Part shown: in pieces, positions 21,332 to 31,653 of the stretch
Layout: each line of letters begins with the position of its first letter
How positions within the stretch are numbered: the stretch's first letter is position 1
Source: Alphaproteobacteria bacterium
Lineage (GTDB): Bacteria; Pseudomonadota; Alphaproteobacteria; UBA828
Reading direction: 5' to 3'
NCBI GenBank assembly: GCA_965214705.1
Contig: CBDCCI010000001.1
Coordinates: 576,001 to 640,000, forward strand
DNA length: 64,000 nucleotides
Translations under genes and position numbers: made by a program
Notes under the pieces: generated by a model
What the model saw: only the letters and a program-made list of their open reading frames with translations
The model's database searches: none
What the model was told of the DNA's origin: nothing

Positions 21332-23534
21332 CAGGGCAAATTTGTCCAAGCGGCTGGTAGGCAGTTGAGTTCTGGCCACGGGTTGTGCGGATCGGCTTTG
21401 TTGCGGGGTTTGCGGCGGGGTCTGGCCGAGCATCCGGTTCGGTCAGACGGTTCTGGCATTACCGTGTGGGCGGTGCGGGCGGTGCCGTCGCGATTTGGCG
21501 GTGCCCCGACATGATGGATCGCGCCACCGGCGTGGTCGGGAGCGAGGGCAGGTACGATCTTTGCGCCCGGCTTGCCGGGCGCCGGGGTTCAGGCCGGCGC
21601 GGCGCGCTTTGCGGTCCTCGGCTGGGTGTTCCCGGTCATTTTCAGGAAGTCGAGGACGGCGCGGACGTTGCGGGCGAGCCTGCGCACGGTCGAGGCGACC
21701 TCGAGCCCCCGGCCCTTGATCAGGCCGATGGCGAAGCGCCGCAGGCGGGTCATGTTCTCGGGGCCGAAGCCTGTGCGTATGCGGCTGCGGTCCTCGTCCC
21801 AGGTCCAGTCGAGGCAGTGGTGCGAGCTGTTCTCGATGCACCAGTGGCCGCGGTTGAGGGCGAGCAGGCTCTGCGCGTTGGCCGTGCCGGGCGTGTGGCT
21901 GGAGATCCCGTAGGCGGTCTCGGTGCCGGTCTCGCCGGTCTTCTTGTCCTGGCGGGAGCGCTCGATCATGAAGACCTGGCCGACGCCCGGGAAGTCGAGA
22001 AAGCCGTTCAACTCCGTGCTCGTCCAGATTGCCCGCTGCTCGATGCGTCCGTGCGACAGCGCGGCCTCCTCCTCGAAGTCGGGCTCACGCTCCGGCGCCT
22101 CTTCGAAGAGCAGCGTCACATCGTCCCGCATGGTCTTCTGGTTCCCTTTCACGATGAACATGAAGTGCGCGCCCCGGTCGAGCAGGTAGCGGGCGAACTT
22201 GCGCTGGGTTAGCAGCGCGTCCGTCGTGACCGTCTTGCCCGCGATGTTCGGGATCAGGTCCACCAGCGCCGTCACGGTGCCGATCTCGTTGGTGCGCTTT
22301 GTCTCCTCGTCGGCCCCGACTTTCAGGAGAAGTTTTTTTGGGCGAGCGTGGCCTTGGTCTCGTGCCCGACCGCGCTCATGACATGAGCCTGGGTCCCGTC
22401 CTCGTCGATGGCCCCCCTCAGGGTCTTGCCGTCGATGGCAAGCGCCGCGTCGCCTGAGCCGTGGGCCTCCTGCCACTTGCGCAACGCCTCGTCCAACTGG
22501 TCCGGGTCCACCCGGATCACCACATTGCGGATGGTCGACATCGAAGGCGGCCGGCGCACCCCGTCGCGCAGCCGCACGCCGAAGCGGGCCAGCGCCTTCT
22601 CGCCGAGATCGTCGACCCACTCGGACATGGCCTTCCAGCCTCGCATGCCGCAGAGCGTCGCGCCACTCGCAAGCGCGAGCACGCTGGGCAGCGAATGCCG
22701 CCGTCCCTTGCGCGTGCGGGGGTCGTCGATGTCCTTGAAGTAGGCGTAGAGCGACTCTTGCTGAGCGGCGCTGATCATGGTTCTCGGAACTCCTTTCTTC
22801 CACAACTCCCGATCCAGCCCGGCAGCGGACAGCCGGCGGCAGGCGTCGGGAACCAGGGGGCGCAGCAGCACAAGCTTCGGCGTCGAGCCGGCGACATAGC
22901 CCGAGCGGTGGCGCCGGAAGCCGCGGGTCTGGCCGACCGCCAGCCATCCAGCCGCCCGGTAGACCGTGCCCCGGAACCTCGCCGCGTCCACGAATGTTTC
23001 CAGCATCAGCACGGGGTGGCCGAAGCGGGCCGGCCAGTCGCGCGCCAAGCGCCGCGCGCAAAGCCCCAGCACCCGCGAGCCGAGGTTCGGAACACCCCGT
23101 CCCGGCAGGATCAGGAAGCGCGCGTTGTTCGCGATCAGATGCAGCCGCCCGTGCTGCGTGCGGAAGTCCCAGCCGATCCACTCGTCCCGCGCCCGGCACT
23201 TGCGCGCCGCAGCCGAAAACACGGCCAGCGCCAGCCACTCGCCGCGCCGATGGGCGACGTACCACGCCGTCGCCCCCACCTTCGCAGACGCACCCAGGTA
23301 GTGATGCCCCTCCATCAGCGCGCGGAACCGGGCCTCGTCCTGCGGCCGGACAGCAGCGACATCGACCTCGGAAAGATCCACCGTAGAAACCGTCCCCCTG
23401 CTCGAAGCCGATCCGCAGCAGAACACCGCGAATCCAGTCGCCTCAATCCATAGCAGGGTTGGCGCGCGCTGACCAGACCCAAGGTCAACTCGTAGCGCAG
23501 AACTCAAAAATCAGGCTTGGACAAATTCGCCCTG
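21332..23534 (-). mobile_element. ISAs1-family element with N-terminal DUF4338
   Basis: 20-bp IR CAGGGC(A/G)AATTTGTCCAAGC (19/20), 10-bp TSD TCGACCGGCC. Confidence 0.9.
21589..23381 (-). CDS. DUF4338-ISAs1 transposase fusion read through a -1 frameshift at 22332-22340
   Basis: ORF1 has HHYLG, ANNARFLILP, LETFVD, then DPR..GRRH and IDGKTLRG. ORF2 has DALLTQ, VKGNQ, HGRIE.R, RGHWCIEN..H..LD..WDED. A_AAA_AAC slippery site at the overlap. Confidence 0.85.
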
Positions 23535-24215
23535 TCGACCGGCCGGACAACGGTTTCGAGATTCCACCGTCCACGTCCTCCGCTGCGGCCGGCCCCCTGT
23601 CCGAGACTCCCTGCCGCCGGCAGACCCCCTGCCGCCGGCGCACCGGGTCCTTGGCGGCCGTGCCTGCAGCCGGAGCCGTTGCCGCTCATCGTCATCGCAC
23701 GCTGCGGGGCACCGACTCATGGATGGAGCGCAAGAATATGAAGGTGTCGGGGGATCGCCCGCGAGCGGCGAAGTGCCGCTCATCTCTTGGTGGCCAGAGG
23801 CGTGCGCCGCGTCCCGGTCAACTCCTTGATTCCGGATTGAGCGGGTCCGGCGGGAACCGGTTCGATCACGGGGAATTGTCGGCCAGCGGGCCACATTTCC
23901 GTCCTCCTGCTTCCGCCTTGATGTCGGTAATTCCGGCGATTCCGGGGCCGCGACGGAGAAAACCGCTATGAGCCCGCACCACGGCGCGGCGCAATTGAAA
24001 AGGCCGAAGTACGCCAACAGCGTGCCCTGAGGTTCGTCGTGGCTGCGCACCGGCCACCGCGCTGACACGGGATCGCTGCGGGTGGCAATGCGCGCTCTCA
24101 CCCCTCACCACGCCTCTCCGCAAGACGGCCTTCTGGCATGTCATCGGACCTTCCACTACCATCGGTGCCGACGGTTGCAGCACGACTGCGCGGCCGCGCC
24201 GGAGAGGATGCGGCC

Positions 24216-25264
24216 ATGCGCCACGACGAGATCTATAAGTCCATCTTCTCCCGAAGGATCTCCGTCGAGCATCTGCTCCGCTTCATCGCCGGCACGATCG
24301 ACGACGGCCCCGAGTGGCTCGCGGCCTTCGACCCGCAGACCCTGGAGCCGGTGCCGACCGAGCGCATCGCATCGACGACACCCTGCACCGCCACCTGAGC
24401 GATCTGGTCTGGCGCGTGCGCCTGCGGGACGGCGGCGAAGAGGACTGGGCCTATCTGTTCGTGCTGATCGAGTTCCAGTCTGCGGTGGACCACCTGATGG
24501 CGCTGCGGGTCAACACCTACGTCAATCTTCTGTACCGGGGCCTCTGGGCGGGTCGCCGCTTCGGCGCCTCGGACCGTCTGCCGCCTGTGCTGCCGGTGGT
24601 TCTGTACAACGGCGCCTCACCGTGGACGGCGGCGGCGAGTGTCGAGGCGCTGGTTGCGCCGGAGGGCCGGCCCCCCGGCGCCATTGCCCCCGTGCCTGTC
24701 TATGCCGGCTCGGGCTACGTGACGCTTGACGTGGGCCGGGTCGGGGGCGGAGACTTTCCGCCGGACGATGTCGTTTCCCTGGTGATCGGCATCGAGCGGA
24801 TGTCGTCGCTTGAGGAGGGTTACGCGACGCTGCTTGAGGCGTTTTCGGCACTTCGGAGTTCCGAGCACCGGGACTTGCGGCGTATATTCCACGAGTGGTT
24901 CAGTCTGCTTGTCGGGCAGGGCGCCGGAGGCGCCGTGATCGAGGGGTTTGAGGAGATGGAGCGACTGGAGGAAGCGGGCGAGCTGCGGACGCCGGTCCAG
25001 GACCGGGTCCGCGCATGGCGGGAGGCCGAACGCGAGCAGGGCCGCGCCGAAGGCGTCGAGCAGGGCCGCGCCGAAGGCGTCGAGCAGGAGCGGGCGCTTC
25101 TTCGGCGCCAGACCGAACGCAAATTCGGTGCGGACGCCGCCGGCCGTGCGGTACCCCTGCTGGCCGGGATCGGGGAGCCCGAGCGGCTGGCGGACGTCGG
25201 CGACTGGATCATCGACTGCGCGACGGGCGACGAGCTGATCGCGCGGCTGGCGGACGCGGCTTAG
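24216..25264 (+). pseudogene. Rpn/YhgA-like PD-(D/E)xK nuclease, frameshifted by a 5-bp duplication
   Basis: HD.IYK.IFS, SDLVWRV, LIEFQS.VD..MALR, LPPVLPVVLYNG..PW. GCATC is duplicated at 24364-24373. Confidence 0.85.
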
Positions 25265-25435
25265 CGCGCGCCGCCGCTGCCTCGCGTCAAGAGAGAGCCA
25301 GCGGAGCCCGCCACGATCGGCAGTCTGCGCGGCCACGGGCGAAGCCGCCGCATATGCGGTTTGATCGTCGGTCACGAGTTCAGGGACGGGCAGTCGGAGC
25401 GCCTGTCGGCGCAGAACGACGGCACTGGCCGCCGT

Positions 25436-27283
25436 TCAGTTCGTGCCCATGCCGAAGCCGAGGTCGCGAACGGCCTTGCGGAACGCCGCCTCTGCCCTCG
25501 TCTGCACCACCAGATGCTTCTTCCCCGCGCGCAGGCAGAGCTTCGCCGCGCGCTCGTCGCCGGCAATCCTGGCGGCGACGTCCTCGTCGGCGCATTCGAT
25601 CAACAGCGCCGTACCGCGCGCCTTGAGCGCGCCGGCGGCGCGCTCGACGTTGCGCAGGAAGCCCTCGACCCTCTCGGGCAGAGGCTGATCGTCCCGTGCC
25701 GCAAGGAATGCGCGCAAGCCGTCGGCATCGTGTCCGCCCTCGAAGGCCGCCAGGGTCCGCTCGCGCGCCAGGCGCCACACGCCCTCCGCCTCGACCTCCG
25801 CAAACGTCTCCAGCATGAGCCTCTCGTCCGCCGACAACGCCTCGCCGGCGCACACCCGAAGGTCGGGGAAGACGGTCAGCGAGGTGCGCGCCGCCGCCGT
25901 GCCCGGCTCGTACGTATCGGCGAGCCCCAGGCAGTAGGCGCCGAGCGCATTCAGCCTGAAGTATTGCAGCCCGTCGTAGCGGCTGAGCCAGGCCAGCTCG
26001 CCGCTCCCCGACAGGTGCGTGAAATCCAGCCGTGCCTCCTCGGGGTGGATGTAGGCGACATCGATCAGACCCAGCGTCGCGGCATACTCGAACAGCACGC
26101 ACAGAAGGTAGCGGCCCTGCAGGATGTTCCAGCCGTGAAAGCCGGCATAGCCCAGGCTGTCGTGGTGCAGATCGAACAGGTAGAGCTTCCACGGATCGCG
26201 CGTGATGCCGAACTCGAACGACGACGCCTGCATGAAGCGCGAGAACTCGTCGAAGCGCACCCAGCGGTCCAATGGACAGTGCTTCAGCGCCTCGGCGATC
26301 ACCGGGCGGCGCGTCGACGCCGCGATCATCGCGCGCCGGCCCTTGCCGCGGTTCTGGCCCTTGATGGCCTCGATGCGGCTGAACTCGTCGAGCAGGTCGT
26401 TCTTGATCCAGCGTTGCCAAAGATTGCGCAGCGTCTCCGCTGCGGGCGCCCCCTGGGCGGCGTGGCCCTTCTTCGTCAGCGCCAGCTTCGAGCCCCTGAG
26501 CTCGGCCAGCTTGCCCGCCTGCACCAGCAACGGCCAGGCAAACCCCCTGACGGGGCCGACCGCTTGTTCCCCGCGTCCCCGCTTCTCCGCGAGGTCGAAG
26601 AAGTCGCCCCCGTCCAGTTCCCCGGCAATGGCCGCCGCCGAAGCCGCCGAGGCCCGCCGCGTCTTCGCGCTCACCGCGACCCGCCCGAGATCGATCTGGC
26701 GCAGCACCGAGACCAGGTCTCTCTGTGCCGCACGCTCCATGTCGCGCCGAACCAGCTCGACCCGCTCCAACCCCGGCGCCTCCCCCTCGGGCACGTGGCC
26801 GCGCCGCCGCCGGTCGGCCGCCTCCGGCAGCGCCTCCTCGGCGGCGAGCGCCGCCTCGGGCGGCGCGGGCACGAACGCGCGCAGACGCTCCGCCAGATCC
26901 GGCGGGACGAACGGCGTAGCGTCCGCGTAGCTGCCGCGGGAATGGAGGAAGAGGCGCAGGGGCAATGCGTCGGGAGAACCGCGCCGGCCGAAGCCCAGGG
27001 GCAGCGCGCCGTACTTGGCCTCGAACCGCGCGGCCTTGAAGCCCTCCGCGTCGTGCAGCGCCTCTGCCACCGCCAGTCGTTGAAGCTCGTCGAGATCGTC
27101 CCACAGACGGCGGAGCGAGGCCCCGCTGAGACGGCTCTCGATGGCCGCCACCATGTCGGCCTTGCGCGTGGGCTGCGGCTTCGCCGCCGAGAGCCAGTTC
27201 ACCATGGTCGTGAGGTCGCTGTTGCTCAGCGCGGCAAGCGCCTTCGCCAGGGTAGGGAGCCAGTCATCGGCGATACGCACCAT
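25436..27283 (-). CDS. Helicase-associated (Helicase_C_3-like) domain protein
   Basis: 615 aa. TRKADMV N-terminus and C-terminal LTVFPDL..L.TFA..WRL.R...A...G..FL...QPLP, typical of XPB-associated domain proteins. Confidence 0.65.
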   Translation of the reverse strand: MVRIADDWLPTLAKALAALSNSDLTTMVNWLSAAKPQPTRKADMVAAIESRLSGASLRRLWDDLDELQRLAVAEALHDAEGFKAARFEAKYGALPLGFGRRGSPDALPLRLFLHSRGSYADATPFVPPDLAERLRAFVPAPPEAALAAEEALPEAADRRRRGHVPEGEAPGLERVELVRRDMERAAQRDLVSVLRQIDLGRVAVSAKTRRASAASAAAIAGELDGGDFFDLAEKRGRGEQAVGPVRGFAWPLLVQAGKLAELRGSKLALTKKGHAAQGAPAAETLRNLWQRWIKNDLLDEFSRIEAIKGQNRGKGRRAMIAASTRRPVIAEALKHCPLDRWVRFDEFSRFMQASSFEFGITRDPWKLYLFDLHHDSLGYAGFHGWNILQGRYLLCVLFEYAATLGLIDVAYIHPEEARLDFTHLSGSGELAWLSRYDGLQYFRLNALGAYCLGLADTYEPGTAAARTSLTVFPDLRVCAGEALSADERLMLETFAEVEAEGVWRLARERTLAAFEGGHDADGLRAFLAARDDQPLPERVEGFLRNVERAAGALKARGTALLIECADEDVAARIAGDERAAKLCLRAGKKHLVVQTRAEAAFRKAVRDLGFGMGTN

Positions 27284-27336
27284 CGGTCGCTCCTCTCGTC
27301 GATAACGATGCCGTCCCGATGCCCGGCGCGCACCCC

Positions 27337-28506
27337 TCACGGCGAGATGTCCTTTCCGATGCTGGCCGCCACCAGGGCCGCCGCTTCCTTCACCGAGTCC
27401 CGCGCCAAGTGCGCGTAGCGGGCGGTGGTCTGGATCTTCTTGTGGCCGAGAAGCTTGCCGATCATCGTGAGGTCTTCGCCCAGCGCCAGCGCCCGCGAGG
27501 CAAAGCTGTGACGCAGGTCGTGAAGCCGGACGTCGTCGAGCCCGGCGCGCTCCCTCACCGGGTACCAGTAGTAGGCGAGGTGCGTCAGCCGCTCGCCCGG
27601 CTCGCGGCCCGCGATCACCCAGGGGTTGCCGGCAAGCCGGGGAATGGCGGCAAGAACCCGCGCCGCAGCAGGCGACAGCGGAACCACACGGGGGCCGGTC
27701 TTGCTCTCGCGAAGCCGGACCTCGTTCCTCTCCAGCGCAACGTCCTCCCACCGAAGCCCAAGTACCTCGCCCGAGCGGCACCCGGTCAGCATCAGAAGCC
27801 GGATCGCCGCTGCCACGTGAACCGGAAGCCAGCCCTCGGCCTCAAGCTCGTCCAGAGCCTGACCCAGGCGCCCGAACTCCTCCTCGGTCAGGAAGCGTTC
27901 CGGGCGCCGCGTCCGGTAGCGCGTCACGAAGCGGCAGGGGTTGCTTCCCGCCGGAACCAGTCCCCACGCTTCCGCGCGGTTCAGCATCCGCGACAGTGCG
28001 CCCACCGCCTCGTTCGCGGCCACCGGCGTCTTGCGCAACCTGTAGTGAAGCTCGGCCACGTGCTCGCGGCCCAGCGCCGACAGCGGCACCTTGCCTAGCG
28101 GCGGCAGGACGTGCCTGCCGATCACCAGGCGGTAACCCGCGATCGTGCTCGCCCTGCAGCGAACCTCCACGTGCTCGCGCATGTATCTTTCGGCAAGATC
28201 GGCCACCGTCGGGCCGGCATCGCCGCCGCTCGAGGCCCTGGGCTCCTCGCCCGCCTTGATCCGGGCCAGCAGCCCGGTCCCCCGGCGCCGCGCCTCGTCC
28301 GCCGAGATCGTGCCGTGCCGGCCAACCGTGATCCGCTTCGACCCTCTGGGGCCGCGGCCCTGCACCAGATACGTCTTCGCCCCGTTGGGATAGACCCGTA
28401 CACCGAAGCCCCGCAGGTCCCGGTCCCAATAGATGACGTCCTTGTCCCCGGCGCGCAGGCCGTCGACCACCCGGTTCGACAGGGACTTCCGTTCAAGTTT
28501 CGCCAT
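27337..28506 (-). CDS. P4-type tyrosine integrase with arm-binding domain (pair 1, second gene)
   Basis: WDRDLRGFGVRV, LTGCR, HDLRHSFAS, LLGH..TTARYAHL. Confidence 0.92.
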   Translation of the reverse strand: MAKLERKSLSNRVVDGLRAGDKDVIYWDRDLRGFGVRVYPNGAKTYLVQGRGPRGSKRITVGRHGTISADEARRRGTGLLARIKAGEEPRASSGGDAGPTVADLAERYMREHVEVRCRASTIAGYRLVIGRHVLPPLGKVPLSALGREHVAELHYRLRKTPVAANEAVGALSRMLNRAEAWGLVPAGSNPCRFVTRYRTRRPERFLTEEEFGRLGQALDELEAEGWLPVHVAAAIRLLMLTGCRSGEVLGLRWEDVALERNEVRLRESKTGPRVVPLSPAAARVLAAIPRLAGNPWVIAGREPGERLTHLAYYWYPVRERAGLDDVRLHDLRHSFASRALALGEDLTMIGKLLGHKKIQTTARYAHLARDSVKEAAALVAASIGKDISP

Positions 28507-28526
28507 ATCGCGGTTCCCCCCGACCC

Positions 28527-29747
28527 TTACGCCATCTGTGCTGGCGGCAATCCAGGCGCTCCGTTGAGGACAGCGGCCCCGGTGCGGACGACGTCGTCCT
28601 CGATGCTGCCCCCCACCCGCGCCGCCGCGATCTTCTCCGCGTCCCGCGAGAGGTGCGCGTAGCGCGCCGTGCTGCCGATGTCCGTGTGGCCGAGAAGGCG
28701 CCCGATCATCGGTAGAGCCAGACCGAGGGCCAAGGCTCGCGACGCAAAGCTGTGACGCAGGTCGTGGATCCGCACGTCCTCTACTTCGGCACGCTCCCGC
28801 GCCCGGTGCCAGGGGTTGGTCAGCTCCGACAAGTGGCGATCCGGCCTGCGTGCCGGAAATACCCATGGGCTCCGACGGACCCGCTTGATCCCCGCCAGCA
28901 CCTGTGACGCCTCCGGCGTCAGAGGCACCATGCGCGCCCCCGTCTTCGCATCGCGCAGGCGAAGCTCCCCGGACTTGCGGTCGACGTCGCTCCAGCGAAG
29001 CGTCAGCACCTCCCCGAGACGGCATCCGGTCAGCATGATCAGCCGCAGCGCCGCCGCAGCCCGCGCCTGCACCGGGCCCTCGGCCTCCAGCTCGCGCAGC
29101 GCGAGGCCCAGCCGGCGATACTCGTCCTCGGTTAGGAAGCGCTCTCTCCGCCCCTCCTTGTAGCGCAGAACGAACCGGCACGGGTTGCCGCCGGGCGGCG
29201 CCATTCCCCACGCCTCCGACAACGAGAACATCTTGGACAAAACCATCAGCGCCCGGTTCGCGGCACGGGGCGTCTCACGCATCCCGTAGTGCAGAGCCGC
29301 CACCTCCGCCCGGCCCACGGAGGCCACGGGCTTCGCACCCAATGCCGGCAGGATGTGGTTCCTCAGCGAGCCGGCGTAGATCCTCTGCGTGTGCGCGTTG
29401 CAGTGCACCTTGACATGGCCCTCCATGTAGCGCTCGGCCAGGTCGGCGACGGTGAGCGTGCGCTCGAGCGGCCTCGCCACGGGATCCTCGCCCTGCTTGA
29501 TGCGGGCGATGGCGGCTGCGGCCTTCTTGCGCGCTTCCTCTGCGGTGGTCTTGCCGTGCCGGCCGAGGGAGACCCGCCTGATGCCGGCAGGCCCCCGGCT
29601 CTGGGCCACGTATATCTTGGTGCCCGAGGGGTAGACGCGCACCCCGAAGCCGGGGAGTTCCCGGTCCCAGAAGACGGCCTCCTTGCCCTCGACGGAGAGC
29701 CCGTCGACGGTGCGCTTGGAGAGCGTGAGTTCGCCCCTCTTCGGCAT
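28527..29747 (-). CDS. P4-type tyrosine integrase with arm-binding domain (pair 1, first gene)
   Basis: WDRELPGFGVRV, LTGCR, HDLRHSFAS, LLGH..STARYAHL. Confidence 0.92.
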   Translation of the reverse strand: MPKRGELTLSKRTVDGLSVEGKEAVFWDRELPGFGVRVYPSGTKIYVAQSRGPAGIRRVSLGRHGKTTAEEARKKAAAAIARIKQGEDPVARPLERTLTVADLAERYMEGHVKVHCNAHTQRIYAGSLRNHILPALGAKPVASVGRAEVAALHYGMRETPRAANRALMVLSKMFSLSEAWGMAPPGGNPCRFVLRYKEGRRERFLTEDEYRRLGLALRELEAEGPVQARAAAALRLIMLTGCRLGEVLTLRWSDVDRKSGELRLRDAKTGARMVPLTPEASQVLAGIKRVRRSPWVFPARRPDRHLSELTNPWHRARERAEVEDVRIHDLRHSFASRALALGLALPMIGRLLGHTDIGSTARYAHLSRDAEKIAAARVGGSIEDDVVRTGAAVLNGAPGLPPAQMA

Positions 29748-29991
29748 CGAGAATCCCTCGAGTCGCGGCGTGTCTGAGCCGCCGAAATTGCCGTAATCAC
29801 TTCGTAAAACACCGACATCCAACTCCGGCGTATTAGAGCGTAGGTTTGTCATGACGTCAAGGGGCATCCGTGTCACGTCAACCTGTTGTTATCATGTGTA
29901 TATACGCACTCCTGCGTATTACAGCGTACCCCAGCGTAGGCCTGTCGTTGATTTGACAAATGCGAGATATTAAAAAGGAGAGCCTCAAGTC

Positions 29992-31518
29992 ATGAAGCAG
30001 GGGAAGCTGACTCGCAGTTTGCTGGCGGCGTGCTCGACCGTCGCGCTCGCGGCCGTCCTGTACGGCTGCGTACACAGTGACGATGACCCGACTACCACCC
30101 CGCCAGATCCAGCAACCGTGGATCTTTCGGCAGTGCCCGATCACAACCTCATGGCAGGCGAGCACGTGATCGAACCGGGCGAAAGCTTGGTCGAGGGGAA
30201 TGTCGAATTCTCTTGCCCGGCGGACGGTGAGGCCTGCGTAGTCACGGTGGCGGTGGACGCCGACGGCAAGATCTCGGCCAACTCTACCGGCGGCGCGGCG
30301 TCCGTGCTGTACAGCATGGCGTACCTCGATGATAGAATGGCCGGTATAAAGATGGCCAGTGACAGAGCGCTCGGCATCGCGTCCGCGATCACTTCTGCGA
30401 CCTCTACTCCACCGGCGATCGACGTCGAAGTCACCGCGACCCGCGCGACGGGCGAGGAGGCGAGCGTCGAGGTTGCGGTGACGGGCGACGACGCCGGCAC
30501 CGGCGACTTCGAGGCGGCGGATGCCCCTGCCGCCATCGCAGGGTGGCACGGCTCCAGTTGGATGCGCGGCGAGGCTACCGAGCATGTGACCGTTTACACT
30601 GATATCGACGAGCCTACACCCACGGCGTTTACCATGATCCATCTCCTGGACCGCAGCACTGACGACGATGCGAGTGACAACGAGGCCTTGAGCATCACCA
30701 ATGCTAACGTGAACATGGTTAGCGGTGTGGCTGAGTTCCCCTCCGCAGCGCTTCAGACGGGCGCACCCTTCGACGAAGACGACGAGTTCACGGGCATGTT
30801 CGATGGCGCGCCGGGCACTTTTACCTGTGCTGCCGCTGATTGCACCCTCTCTACAGATGGCGATGGCAAGCTGGCCAGCGTGGCCGGCATTTGGTACTTC
30901 ACGCCTGACGAGGGGGCTAAGGTTCCCGTGGCCGACGACGACTACCTGCATTTCGGCTGGTGGCTGAACTCGCCAGACGAGGCCAACGACGATGGTGAAT
31001 ACGAGTATATGCTCGACACCTTCTACGGCGGCTCGACGGCTCCCTTCACGGGGGATGAGGTTGCCGTAGTTGAGGGCAAGGCCAAGTACTCGGGCGCCGC
31101 GGCCGGGTTGTACGCGACGCGGACCTTCGAGGACGGCGATGCCACCGGCGCCAACGATGGTACGTTCACCGCAGATGTCGCACTGACCGCGGCTTTTGGC
31201 GGCGACGATGTCGCCATCAACGACCAATTCAAGATCAGCGGGTCCGTGACGAACTTCATGGAGGGCGGCGAGAGTCTCGGCTGGTCGGTGGCGCTGCAGG
31301 AGGTCGACATCAGTGGAACGGGCGGCGGTGACGCCTACCTAATTGAAGGCGACGCGTCGGCGTTTTCCGGCACGGGCGCTCCGGGGACGGGTTCGTGGGA
31401 AGCGATGTTCTACGGTCCCGTTGACGGGGTCGCGGCTCCCACCGGCGTCGCCGGTCAGTTCGGCGCCAATCTCGGCGACACGGACCTCGCCGGTGCATTC
31501 GGTGCTACCAAGGACTAA
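29992..31518 (+). CDS. Acidic surface lipoprotein with TbpB-like C-terminal barrel (probable Slam substrate)
   Basis: Strong RBS AAGGAG, signal peptide with lipobox LYGC, YLHFGWWL, A.YSG.AAG.Y, terminal AGAFGA. Confidence 0.8.
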   Translation: MKQGKLTRSLLAACSTVALAAVLYGCVHSDDDPTTTPPDPATVDLSAVPDHNLMAGEHVIEPGESLVEGNVEFSCPADGEACVVTVAVDADGKISANSTGGAASVLYSMAYLDDRMAGIKMASDRALGIASAITSATSTPPAIDVEVTATRATGEEASVEVAVTGDDAGTGDFEAADAPAAIAGWHGSSWMRGEATEHVTVYTDIDEPTPTAFTMIHLLDRSTDDDASDNEALSITNANVNMVSGVAEFPSAALQTGAPFDEDDEFTGMFDGAPGTFTCAAADCTLSTDGDGKLASVAGIWYFTPDEGAKVPVADDDYLHFGWWLNSPDEANDDGEYEYMLDTFYGGSTAPFTGDEVAVVEGKAKYSGAAAGLYATRTFEDGDATGANDGTFTADVALTAAFGGDDVAINDQFKISGSVTNFMEGGESLGWSVALQEVDISGTGGGDAYLIEGDASAFSGTGAPGTGSWEAMFYGPVDGVAAPTGVAGQFGANLGDTDLAGAFGATKD

Positions 31519-31529
31519 CCCGATTGACG

Positions 31530-31617
31530 GGATCGGGGTCGCCTCGTAAGACCCCGATCCTTTAGGTCCGGACTTCCGGAAGAGGGTGGCGGGATGTGCC
31601 ACCCTCTTCTTCTTTCT
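31530..31617 (+). terminator. Two consecutive hairpin-U-tract structures between the lipoprotein and Slam genes
   Basis: GGATCGGGGTC/GACCCCGATCC+TTT and GAAGAGGGTGGC/GCCACCCTCTTC+TTCTTT. Confidence 0.6.
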
Positions 31618-31653
31618 CATTCTCTCTCTGTTGAGTTCCGTCCGAGGTCTGCG

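Noticed and set aside
22779-23381. Druantia defence system
   Set aside because: DUF4338 lies inside IS ends; no DruE helicase or other dru genes are present.
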